The position numbers and the translations under genes were made by a program. A stretch of DNA of 64,000 nt from the human T2T-CHM13v2.0 reference genome, Homo sapiens, in assembly GCF_009914755.1 (NCBI RefSeq), contig NC_060942.1. One strand, 5' to 3'. How positions within the stretch are numbered: position 1 is the stretch's first letter; each line of letters starts with the position of its first letter. Positions 51,939 through 64,000 of this stretch are shown here, in pieces. The notes beneath the pieces are model-generated. The model was not told the DNA's origin. It made no database searches and worked only from the letters and a program-made list of their open reading frames with translations.

Positions 51939-54213
51939 AGAATTCATGCATCCAAATGTGTATTGATTCTTTCATAGTAGCTACCTTGGGAAACCAAATA
52001 TTTATTCCAGCCATTTGACAAGAACTAAGTGAAAGGGCAAGAGTTTCTATGGAAAAGGCCCCCAAATTAGAAGGAGCATGAGGTTTAGAGGCAGGTGGAA
52101 ACATGAGAATGGGAAGGGTCAATCCCAGGGAGAGGGGATCCAGGGACCATCCCACAAAGAGCAACGAGGTCTGGAACTAGCCAAGCGCTAGCAGCCAGCT
52201 CATTGTCCAAGGACTCTTGAGAAGTGGGGACCTGAGCCTCTGTTTTGAGTCTTGTAGACCTAGCTTTCTGGGGCCTACCATTCCCTGCAGAGGGCAAGGC
52301 CTGATGATGAGTGAGGTGGAGGAGCAAGGATGCCCCTTCTCATGGGAAAGCTCTGAGACATGCCCAGACACCGTGTCCCCTGAGTGCTCATGCTGCTGAG
52401 AATATGCAGAGCCCACGAACCAACACATTAAGGTGGATTTGCTTCGGACCAGAAGCATGAGTCCTGGACAGCCTAGAGAGCCCTTGAATTTCCTCCCTTC
52501 CCTGAAGAAATGAGTAAGGATGCTATAAATTTCCTTATTCCATTTTCAAAAGCCTCAGTGAAAATTTGCTTCCTCTCTGTGTCCATCTCTTTGACATGTA
52601 TATACACAATGGCCCTGACAAGAAAAGTCCCTCTCTTGTATATAAGCTGCCATCTCTCTCCGCACCACCCCCCATGAATGATAATACAATATTTATTAAG
52701 GCTTAAATAGCACTGTTAAGTGCACATGTTGATTTAGAATGATGGAGTGTGTCAGCGTACAGAACAGGAACTCAGCCACAGACCAGGGACCCACAAAGGA
52801 CAAGGAGATATATCATTAGCTAAAGACCCAAGCTAGCAAATGTCATCAGCAGAGACAAACAAGTCCTTAATTAGGGCTTCTTTATACCTACTGTTAACAC
52901 CAATTTTTATAAGTGTATTTTCAAAAATAATATAACATTATATATGCAAAAGGTTAAAACATTTAAACTGTACACACTGGTATGAAATAAAAAGCAAACT
53001 CCCATCTGCTGTCTCCCACACAAGTCCTTTAGGAAACTCTTTTAAGCTTTTTTTTTAGTTCTTCTGATAAGTTACCACCATAATTCTAAACAATATGCAT
53101 AGATTTCAATTTTTTGGCTTATCATGATTAGATAATATCAAGTCATTTGCACTATTTAATAGAGGAGGACTTTAGTTCACTTGCAATATTTTCAATCATC
53201 TCTCTCGATTTTGAGTTTCATTATATTATTGTATTTGGTTCTTCGAGTAGTGACCTTTTTATTTTTAAATAATATACATTATCCTTTATTTTTGTCCCAT
53301 CTTCTTTCCACAATATCTCTTGTCTCATCCCAAAGTCAAATGAAGAAAGTTGCACCTACACTTGCCCTTCCCCTTCCTGCTCACAACTTGAATTCCCCTA
53401 GCTTGGGCATCACCTACACAGTGTCAATTGTTAGACGCACATTCTAGTCTATAACTGCCTTCTGTTTTGATTATAAAAATTGAAACTAGCAAGCATTTAG
53501 TTATAACTATGTAAATGTGATTATGTAATTATTGATCACTATAGAAAGAGTATGATCAGACCCACTGAAAAGGAAATATGATCATATATGTCGCTAGCTG
53601 ACTCTCTCTCGAAGAATGTTCCCAGGAGAAGGTCAAATGGATTCTCTTTTCTTACATTCCATCAGTTGCTCAAAACCAGGCCACGTTTTTGGTGGTTTTA
53701 TATTTGAACCAAACCTTTCTTCTCTGGTTTTTCCATTATTTTTTTCTCTCTGGTTTTTCCATTTTTTTCCTTGGCATTTCAAATTGTGCTTCTTCTTTCT
53801 TGAATAGAGGGGGAAAAAAATACACCTGTTTCTTTCCCACTGGGATGAGATTTTCCAGCTTCTTCATTGTTCTGCCTGTTAACTGATCCCCATTCTATGC
53901 TTGAAGTTTCATTCAGAGTCTTCTGACTTCATATTCTGATTCGAGCCGTGTTTTTAGACCTGCTGTGGAAGTGTCCCCCGAGATTCCTTTCTGTTTCACA
54001 CCTAGAAGCGTGGCACTGTTTCTTGGACCATGGCTGCTTCTTTCTCTCCTACATCTAGATGATTGGTAAATAAAGATCCTGAATTCATCCAGAATCCAGC
54101 ATGGCTGGAAAAGTGTTTATTTCACCTTCATATTTGATTAACAGGTTGGCTGGATATTAAATTTTAGATTTAAGATCTTTTCTTCCTCCAATAAATTTAG
54201 ACTATAATCTTTT

Positions 54214-54703
54214 GACCAGGCACTACGGCTCATGCCTGTAATCCCAGCGCTTTGGGAGGCTGAGGCAGGAGGATTGCTTGAGGCCAGGAGTTCCAGACTA
54301 GCCTGTGCAACATAGCCTGGGTCTCTATGTATTAGTTGGTTTTCATGCTGCAGATAAAGACATACCCAAGACTGGGCAATTTACCAAAGAAAGAGGTTTA
54401 TTGGACTTACGGTTCCACGTGGCTGGGAAGGCCTCACAATCATGGTGGAAGGCGAGGAGGAGCAAGTCACATCTTATGTGGACAACAGCAGGAAAAGAGA
54501 GGGTTTGTGCAGAGAAACTCCCAGTTTTAAAACCATCAGATCTCGTGAGACCCATACACTGTCACAAGAAGAGCTTGGGAAAGACCCGCCAGGTCCCTCC
54601 CACAACATGTGGAAATTATAGGAACTACAAGATGAGATTTGGGTGGGGACACAGAGCCAAACAATATCACTCTACAATTTGAAAAAATTAATAAATAAAT
54701 AAA
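54214..54703 (+). mobile_element. FLAM-like Alu monomer interrupted by a THE1 LTR
   Basis: Monomer 54214-54327 resumes at 54670 with an A-rich tail; flanking ACTATAAT repeats. Confidence 0.8.
54328..54669 (-). mobile_element. THE1-family MaLR solo LTR
   Basis: TGTATTAGT...GATAAAGACATACCC.AGACTGGGCAATTTAC...GGGGACACAGAGCCAAACAATATCA; 5-bp TSD CTCTA at 54323-54327 and 54670-54674. Confidence 0.92.
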
Positions 54704-54844
54704 TACTATAATTTTCTGTCCTGTGTTTTGATGGGAAATCTGAAATCGATCATACCCTCATCCTTTTTTATGGATCATCTCTCTCTCTCTATCTCTCTCT
54801 CTCTTTTCCTGTCTTTCTCTCTCTCTGGATGCTGTTATAATGGC

Positions 54845-55168
54845 AATGTACAATAGAAACATAACGTGAGCAACATAAGTAATTTAAACTTTTCTAGTAG
54901 TCACATTAAAAAAGTAAAAAGAAACAAGTGAAATTAATTTTATAGTGTATTTTTATTTAACCCATTTCTGTATATCCAAAATAGTATTTCAACTTGTAAT
55001 CACTATTTTTAAAGCTATTATTTAGATATTTCACATTACTTTTCTCATCCTAAGACTTTGAGATCCGTGGGTGTTTTACTCTTGCATCACATCTCAATGT
55101 GGACCAGCTGCATTCAAGCACTCAGTATCCACACATGACACCTGGCTACTCTGTTGGACAGGCCCAGT
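54845..55168. mobile_element. MER33-like hAT MITE
   Basis: CAATAGAAA..TAA..TGAGC.ACATA.GTAATTTAAA.TTTTCTAGTAG.CACATTAAAAAAGTAAAAAGAAACA...GGCTAC...TTGGACAG. Confidence 0.75.
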
Positions 55169-55607
55169 CCAGAATCGTCTCTTTATCTCTGTGGTGCGTT
55201 GCTTCACCTACAGATATGGGTCTGTTTTCATTTTCTTGCTCAGAAATCAGTGCACCTTTTGAATTTGTAATCTTGTGTTTTTCTTTAATTGTTAAGCTCA
55301 CACTACTTCAATTTATGTGTTCATTTCCTCTTTCCTCCTGTTCTTTCTCTCATCACTTGAATGCTGAATCTCCTGGAATAATATTTTGTCTCTTAATTTT
55401 AACTTCATGCTTTTCATCTTTTCACCATTTTGCTCTGTGCTCTAAGAGATTTTATCAAATTCATCTTCAGTCATTTTATTATATTTTTTAATTTTGGCAA
55501 TTATATCTTTAATTTCCAATTATTCTTTTTTGTCTTCTGGAGATTCTTTTTCATAGTAGCCTGCTCCTTTTTTTTCCTTCTACTTCTGGTTCCTTCTTAA
55601 ACAAAAA

Positions 55608-55883
55608 ATTTTTTGAGACAAGGTCTCCCTGTGTCACCCAGGCTGGAGTGCAGTGGCGTGATCACAGCTCACGGCAGTTTTGACCACCTAGGCTCAAGTA
55701 ATCTTCCAATTTCAGCCTCCCTTGTAGCTGGGACTACAGGAATGCCCAAGAAATTTTTTTTTTTTTAGAGATAGGGTCTCACTGTGTTGCCCAGGCAGGT
55801 CTCAAACTCCTGGATTCAAGTGATTGTCCTGCCTCAGTCTCCCAAAGTTCTGGGATTACGTGTATGAGTCACTGCACCTGGCC
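55608..55883 (-). mobile_element. Alu (AluJ-like)
   Basis: Dimeric Alu with a small internal deletion. Confidence 0.9.
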
Positions 55884-55894
55884 AAAAAAATATT

Positions 55895-56027
55895 TTTCAA
55901 TTTACACATAATAATTGTATGTATTTATGGGGTACATAGTGATGTTGCAATACAGTGATCAAATTAGAATAATTAGCATATCCATCATCTAAAACACTTA
56001 ACATCTTTGTGTTGGGAATATTCAATA
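55895..56027 (-). mobile_element. L1MA-type 3' end fragment
   Basis: ATAATTGTAT.TATTTATGGGGTACA..GTGATG...ATTAGCATATCCATCA; TSD TCATAGTAGCCTG at 55551-55563 and 56028-56040 encloses this fragment and the adjacent AluJ. Confidence 0.8.
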
Positions 56028-56445
56028 TCATAGTAGCCTGTTCTTGTTTTATGGATGCAAGATCCTGGATCTCTCTGAGGAGTCTAGTAAGATTTTTAAA
56101 ATTCTCTCCATTCCTGAAATACATTTTTTCATTGGGTTTTGTTGTTCATGTTAATGTTAGTCTTCTCTTGTGTGCAACTTGCTTCCTTCATTGTCTGTTG
56201 TCCTTGGGTTGGCAACATTGTCTACTATGCGTTCATCTGCATGAATGAAACACTAAGTTGACTAATATGGGAAGCCATGGTGGGCTTCCTCCAAGAAGGT
56301 ATACATTTCCACACATGACCTCACCTCTTATCTGAATTGGGATGGTTGTGGTGGCTGACAGTCAACTCAGCTCTTGAGAGCTGGTACCTCCTTACACCCT
56401 TTTCCCCAACCCAGGGCCACAAATTTAAAAAGGCTTTATAGTAGG

Positions 56446-56824
56446 TGTATTAGTCAGTTTTCACACTGCTGTAAAGAAATACCCATGACTGGGTAATTTA
56501 TAAAGGAAAAAGGTTTAATTGACTCACAGTTCCACATGGCTGAGGAGGCCTCACGAAACTTACAATCGTGGTAGAAGGCAAAGAGGAAGCAAGCGCCTTC
56601 TTCACAAGGTGGCAGGAGAGATATCGTTTGAAGGAGGAACTGTCAAACACTTATAAAAACATTAGATCTCATAAGAACTCACTCACTTCCATGAGAACAG
56701 CATGGAGGAGACTGCCCCCTTGATCCAGTCACCTCCCACCACGTCCCCCCATCGACACATGGGGATTACAGGGATTACAATTCAAGATGAGATTTGGATG
56801 GGGACACAGAGCCAAACCATATCA
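56446..56824 (-). mobile_element. MSTA/THE1D-like MaLR solo LTR
   Basis: TGTATTAGTC...GGGGACACAGAGCCAAACCATATCA; 5-bp TSD GTAGG at 56441-56445 and 56825-56829. Confidence 0.92.
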
Positions 56825-57286
56825 GTAGGGCACCAGCATCCACACAGGGAGCTCTAGCCTTCTCTAGGCAGCTCAGTTCATTCTTAGATACAGCTCCGTT
56901 GTGATTTATTAATTGAATCTCTTACAGAAACTAGAATCTCTGGGCTGTTGATGCTGTCCCTACTTTCATTCTTAGTGCCATTATGGATTTTTCATTTTTA
57001 GATGTCTTTACTGTCCTTTCACTGGGATTTTGTGTTCATCTGCCATCTTGCACTAACGGATCAATTACCTTTAAGGGAACTATTCTGCCTCCCCTAAAGC
57101 CATTGTTACCTATAAGATAATGAACAAGGTTTTGACTTTTGAATTTTATTTTCATGCTAGAATTTCTATTGCTACTTGTGTCCAAAGCACAGTGTTTTAC
57201 ACTGACAAATAGTGATCCATCTCAACAGAAATTTAAACAGAGCCCAGGTACATGGGTATGTTCCAATTTTCCTCTCCAGAGTTCTT

Positions 57287-57690
<404 letters not shown>

Positions 57691-59640
57691 TGAGGGTTTT
57701 TCTGTAATGTTCCATCTACAATAGAGTGGGAAAACGCTGGTCTAATGGTGAAGGGAAGTGGATTCCAGTATCTGCATAGTCACTCTCAGTTCTGGCGATG
57801 GCCCCCAACGCTGTGCCTCAGTCGCCTCATCTGTAAAGAGGGCATAAACACTCTTCTTGCATGTCTCATAGGGCTGATACGAAGAGGAAAAGAGCTGATG
57901 TGCTGACACATACTCAGTACTCACTGAGTATTCGTTCATCGATTAAACGAAGGGTTCAAGGCAGGGGTCTCTCATTAAGGCTGTGGCTGCTCTGTGGCTG
58001 AAGGCCATCAGAGATGATCAACCTCCTTGCCAGCAGCCAGCTTGGCATGCAGAGTGGATCAAGCTCTGCCATCTCTCCCAGAGGTCTTTCCAGGATGATT
58101 TTGGTGGTCACTGCAAAAGCAAAGATATACTAATCACCCTGATCTGACCACTGTACATTATATATATGACACCATCACTATGTATCCCATAAATATGTAT
58201 AATTATTATGTGTCAATTAAAACTTTTTTTAGAGCAAAGATAGCCCTCTTCATGGCCTTCCCCAGCTTGCTGGCCACCGGCCTTGAGAAGCCAACGGTTT
58301 CTCATACGATGGAAGAGAAACAGGAACAGCTGCCTATGTTAATACACCAGGAAGGCCAGGGAGCCGATGGGAGGCTGGGGATTATGAAGGGCCTAATCTC
58401 ATACTCTTCATGTAGACACGGGGGACCAAGTGGCTCTGAGAGGGAAAGGATGTGCTCAGTTAGTGACAGAGCCAAGACTAGAGTGTTTTGTACTTGTGTG
58501 TAATCATCACAGATGCCATCACCCAAGACCACACCTCACCCTAAAGCTCCATTTTGAAGCACTTCCTGGAGTGGGTATCTCTTCTTACCATTGCGAAGCT
58601 GGGTTTTGGGAAACCGCCCTAAACCCACCTCAAGCCCAAGAAGGCTTTGACCCCAAATCCATACAAACACCTGCTGGAACTCACAGTTGGAAGAGATCTC
58701 TTGGAGAGCAAGTTCCACTTGCCCAGTCCCCAGGCCACTCTTTTTTACAGTGACCTCCAAAGCCTCTGGACCCAGCTGCCAGCTCCACTCCTGGCTCTGA
58801 GGTCCCCCCTGGCAGGAGCACACATGCCACAGCTTTGCACCAAATCCCCAAAGTGCCCAGCACATTCCAGGCTCCCACTGTCTCCAAGGGACCCTAGGGC
58901 CCTGGTAGAGGAGGGTAATGGCAGGAAGCCATAATATATTAAAACAGCAGATTAAAACAAACAAGAGCATTTTGGATCGTATTACACATCACTTTCCTCA
59001 CATCTGACAACAGAAAAAAATCAAAGGCGGTAAAAGACAATCATAGACCATAATGGTCCAATAACTTGGTGATAAAAGTGCTTGTGGGAGCAGCGTGGGC
59101 GTCGGCGGCTCCGGGTGCAGGAATCAAAGCCCTCTTCCAGATCCACAGTGGTGTATTCAGAGGCATTACTGCTTAAGTGCTCGTTTAAGACTTCCTCCAA
59201 AATGCAGCGCACTTGCTGGAGAATCATAATTAGGCCCCATCTGTGGGCCATATTCACACATTGTGCATCATTCTTAAAGATGACAGAAAAAAAATTACCC
59301 AGGGCTATGTGGCATGGATAGTAGATCTTTTACCATTGTCCTCCATGAAAGAAAAAAAAAAACACTTAATAATCCCCTGCCTAGACTCATAGCTTTTTGA
59401 ATACTGAGCAATATGACTTAGTTTTGTTTTCAAATGGAAAAAGGAAAGCTGAGAAAACAGAAGGCTGTGAGCAGTGGAACTCTGGGGTTTATTTTACAGC
59501 CTATAGATGTGGTCAAATCCATAGGAAAGTGGAGTGTAAAGGATCTTCCATTTATGAGGCACTGTCCAAACCAAAGTCAGACCAAAATTCCAGAAAAACC
59601 TCAGATTGCGTTAGGCAAGAGTATACCACCCCAGATCTGA

Positions 59641-60018
<378 letters not shown>

Positions 60019-60424
60019 GTCATTTAATAGTCTGTATGCTGAAAAAAAATGCCACAAAAATGTGCAGCCATTTTTCCATATCTCCTCCCCATTTCCTTCC
60101 CTACCTTCTCAACCCAAGCCCATTTCCATCCCTATGTTTTGGCTCATGGGAAAGAGCTTTCTAGGAATTGAAAAACAAATCTGCCCATGACTCACATTCT
60201 CCATGCCAGCCTCAGTGCCTGGCTCACTGCTGCCTTTGCCCCCAGGGCAAAGGTTTCTTGGGAGAACTTCGTTCAGGTCAGGTCAGGTCAGCTCCCCAGG
60301 AAAACAGACCTAAACCTGAATTGAGGTCATCCTCCTCATTTTTAATCTGAACTTACCTACTGCTGTCATTTTTTCATCTGCTTTTTTCAACTGATCCCCT
60401 ACCCCAAAAGTGGCATCTACTTAT

Positions 60425-60762
60425 TGTTTTTTGTTGTTGTTTGGGGTTTTTCTTGTTTGTTTGTTTTCATTTTTGTTTTGAGAGGGAGTCTTACTGTGTC
60501 GCCCAGGCTGGAGTATAGTGGTGTAATCTTGACTCACTGCAACCTCCACCTTCCAGATTCAAGCAATCTTCCAACCTCAGCCTCCTGAGTAGCTGGGACT
60601 ATAGGCGTGCACCATCACGCCCGGCTGATTTTTTGTGTTTTTGGTTGAGACAGGCTTTTGCCATGTTGCCTAGGCTGGTCTTGAACTTCTGAGCTCAAAC
60701 TATCCACCCCCATCAGCCTCCCAAAATGCTAGGATTACAGGCATGAGCCACCATGCCCAACC
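60425..60762 (-). mobile_element. Alu (AluJ/old S-like)
   Basis: (TTG)n-rich tail plus dimeric Alu. Confidence 0.92.
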
Positions 60763-61049
60763 TATTTATCTCATTCTATTCACATAGATTTATACATGTG
60801 ATTTATAGATTTATCTAAAAATAAATAGTATATTTTCATGACAACGCTGGGTGGTCAGTGACAGATTGTTATTTTTCGCTTTACAGATTCTAAAATCTGC
60901 ACTTTCATAAGAGCCTCATAGCTAATGAAGGAGGTATATTACAAGTCAGTGAGAAATGAATGAATTCTTTGAATGTGATTTGGAAGAAATTGGCTCTCTT
61001 GGTGGTGTAAACATCTAAATCCTTATCTCACATCATAAAATAAAATAAA

Positions 61050-62040
61050 CTGACATATTAAAATTATAATACCTGAAAAACATGGAAAACCATAAGAAAA
61101 TGTAGATAAGTATTTAATCCTTGCATTGAAAGAAGTTTCTAAGTATAAAATAATGAAGGAAGTCACAAGGGAAAGGACTAACAGACTACACAAATATTGT
61201 AAACATCTAGATGTCAAAAAATTAAAAGCAAACAATAAACTGAAAAAATATTAGCCACATACATGACAGGCAAAAGGTTAATATTCTTACTATACAAGGC
61301 ATTCATACAAATCAATAAGAAAAAGAAACAGAAAAATGGGTAAAGATTATGAATAGATAATTTACAAAAGAGAAAATACAAATGTTTGGCTAATACACAT
61401 AAGAAAGCTATTCAGCCACAAAAGGAATCCAAAAAATTAAAAATAAAGTCACCAGAGATAGCTTCCTGCTTATCAAATCAGAAAAAAATAGAAATATTAA
61501 TAGTACTGGATGCTACAAAAGTGAAGTGAGAGAAGAATATAAATTATATGACCTTTCTGGAAGGCAGTTTGGGCAATGTCTATCAAGAACCTTGAAAACA
61601 CTCGTGTTTTCTGACCTGGTAATTCCTTTTTAAGGACTTCATCCTAAAAAGTAATTAGAAATGTGGGCTAAGCTGTTTGTAAAAGATAATCCTTAGAGAG
61701 TGAGTTATACCAGCAAAATAGGTGAACAATGTCCCTCACCCAGAGAGTGGCTTAAATTATAGTGCATCTATATAATGAAATATCGCAAAGACATTAAAAT
61801 TGAAAAATAATTTTAGTGGCAAGGAAAAATACCCATGCAATAGTGTTAAATGACAAATGCTGCCTGCAAAATAGTCTATAGTATCTCAAATATATAAATA
61901 CATGCTTAGGAGAAAGAACTGTAAAGTAGTATCAACAGTGTTTACCAGTGAGTTGAAGAATAGTACATACTTTAAAAAATGCTTTTCTAATTTTTTACAA
62001 TAACAGGTATTTATTTTATAATCAGAAAAGTAGAACTGAG
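61050..62040 (+). mobile_element. Ancient L1M fragment (ORF2 3' part and 3' UTR)
   Basis: GACAGGCAAAAGGTTAATAT, AAATCAATAAGAAAA, CCTTTCTGGAAGGCAGTTTG.GCAAT.TCTATCAA. Confidence 0.7.
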
Positions 62041-62089
62041 AAAACCCTCTTTTTATTTTTTAATACTGATATTCCATTTATGTTTTTAA

Positions 62090-62460
62090 ATTTTTTATTT
62101 TAAAATATTTAACTAACAAAGATTGAATATATTCAAGGTGTACAATGTGATGATTTGATATACGTAGACATTGTATAATGATAACCACAATCGAATTAAT
62201 TAATACATCAATTACCATCCATGCTGTCCATTAGATTTTCAGCACTTGGTCATCTTATAACTAAGGTTGAACCCTTTGACCCTGTCTCCCTGTTTTCTCC
62301 AGCCCCCACCCCCTGGCAACTGCTATTCTACTCTCTGCCTCAATGAGTTCAACTTTTTTAGGTTCCACAAATGCATGAGATCATACAGTATTTGTCCTTC
62401 CATATCTCGCTTATTTCACTTAGCACAGTGACCTCCGGGTTCATCCATGTTGCTGCAAAC
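62090..62460 (-). mobile_element. L1MA-type 3' end
   Basis: ATATTCAAGGTGTACAATGTGATGATTTGATATAC...CCCCTGGCAAC...TTATTTCACTTAGCA...TTCATCCATGTTG. Confidence 0.88.
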
Positions 62461-62779
62461 AAGCTTCTCTGTTTTCAATGAAAAAGTTTCAAAAAGGTAA
62501 ACATCATAATGGAACTCCACATCTGGTCACATAAATCCATAACCACAGTTTTTTCTGCCCTGTGAATTTTTCATTTTACAGTAAGGACAAAACATACAAG
62601 TACGAAGCCCACAATACTTTAAAATCACTTCTGAGTTGGTCAATATACATAATTGTAAGTATATAGTTATTAGTAATCAATCCTAATTAGTGTTTCTGTG
62701 TTTTGCTTTGTCTATTTAATATGATTTAATATTTAAGTGCTCATGTGTCAGCATAGTCAACATGTGTAACTTGTTGACA

Positions 62780-63190
62780 GTGTGGCAATCACTGCTATGT
62801 GTTCACCAAACAATTCCCCTTCCACCCTGGGCTTATAGCAAGACTACATTTCCCAGCCTCCCTTGTAGTTAGATGTGGCCATGTGACTGGGTTCTGACTC
62901 CTAGAATGTGGGTAGAAGTAATGTTGCCTCCAGACCTCTGGATCTGGCTCATGAAACTTCCCTTGCAATCCTCTGTTCTCACTCTCTTCCCTCATGGATC
63001 TATCAGATACAGGGAGGAAATGGTGGAGCCACTAAACACAGAAGCCTAGGTCCCTGAGTGATGGCATACAGAAACCTCTCTCCCCAACAGACCCACATTG
63101 AGTTGCAATGTGTGTAAGAAATAAACTTTTATTGTGCTAAGCCACCAAGGTTTGTGGTTATTTGTTAAAGTAGTTGTCCTACCCTAAGCC
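62780..63190 (+). mobile_element. MLT1I/J-like MaLR LTR
   Basis: AGACTACATTTCCCAGCCTCCCTTG.AGTTAG.TGTGGCCATGTGACT...GAAATAAACTTTTATTGTG.TAAGCCAC. Confidence 0.8.
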
Positions 63191-64000
63191 CAAAGACTTA
63201 GCTACTATCCCATTGTCTTGACAGATCGTAGTGCTTAACCACTTTCCCTTCTTGGATATTTTCATTGTTTCTAAATGATGCCGTGATTATCTTTGAAAAA
63301 AATTATGGTTTTTCATTTGCTCCCTTTGGCTTATGCTTATGGAGTATATTTCCCAAAGTGGCATTACCAATGCATTATCTGAGGATAATGTTCATAGTTC
63401 TTGTTACACTACTACCAGACTGCTTTCAAGAAATATTGGAGCAAATGAGTGCAGCATCCCCAATACATGGTGTTTCCCACATCTCCAGCAACACTGGGTT
63501 TTATTATTTTTGGCTTTGTTTGCCAATGCTGTGGCACCAACTAGAAAGTGCTTCCAAGGTCATTTACACTTGCAATACTTAGTGAGAGTTCTTATACTAT
63601 AGAGTATGTGGCAGATAACATTTTGATCTACGAACCTCACCCTACTTACTCACCCTTTGGTCTGCCCTCTGATATAGGCAGCCGCAGGGACGTTCACACG
63701 CCTCGCATTAGTGAAGTGATGACACTGCAAAATACAGTAAAAGGAATCAAGCTTTCACTTCTGCATTACAAAATAGGCTTCTGGAAACTCACAGCAGAGA
63801 CCATAGTTTTAAGGGGGGAAGAAGCTTTCTGTATTTCAAAGCTTGGCTTTTGAGCATAAGAAGCCTCAGGCCTGAAAGACTCAAGGCATACGGTTCAGGC
63901 ATAAATAATAGATTTGGAAGAATATGTGATCAGTCAGAGCCAGACAGCCCTGCCCCAGGCTGGATAAGGTTTCCCTGGACTGAGGCAGTGGAGAGGTAGA

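Overview
Great-ape/human-type genomic DNA covering the 3' half of the ONECUT2 locus (human 18q21.31 by synteny knowledge). Positions 1-17385 are the repeat-rich distal part of the large intron. The terminal exon starts at 17386 and encodes the cut-homeodomain linker, the atypical F48/M50 ONECUT homeodomain and the C-terminus (stop 17670-17672). A ~14.6 kb 3' UTR follows, free of recognisable Alu/L1, ending after AATAAA at 32238-32243 and carrying about 20 miR-9 seed sites. Positions ~32300-64000 are intergenic and full of Alu, L1, MaLR LTR, MIR, L2 and DNA-transposon relics, including two young L1 insertions with intact TSDs. Best leads: (1) minus-strand, splice-site-bounded segments at 63654-63724, ~59021-59278, 49127-49183 and 43628-43795, the last two joining in frame and the last strongly codon-biased, suggesting an unannotated or decayed gene convergent with ONECUT2; (2) an in-frame upstream acceptor that would add 14 aa to the ONECUT2 linker; (3) miR-9 sites with TDMD-like extended 3' pairing; (4) a tandem ONECUT-motif/CpG element downstream of the gene; (5) a 26-bp templated insertion copied from 2 kb away. 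Repeat subfamily names are by-eye recognition, and boundaries of old repeats are approximate.
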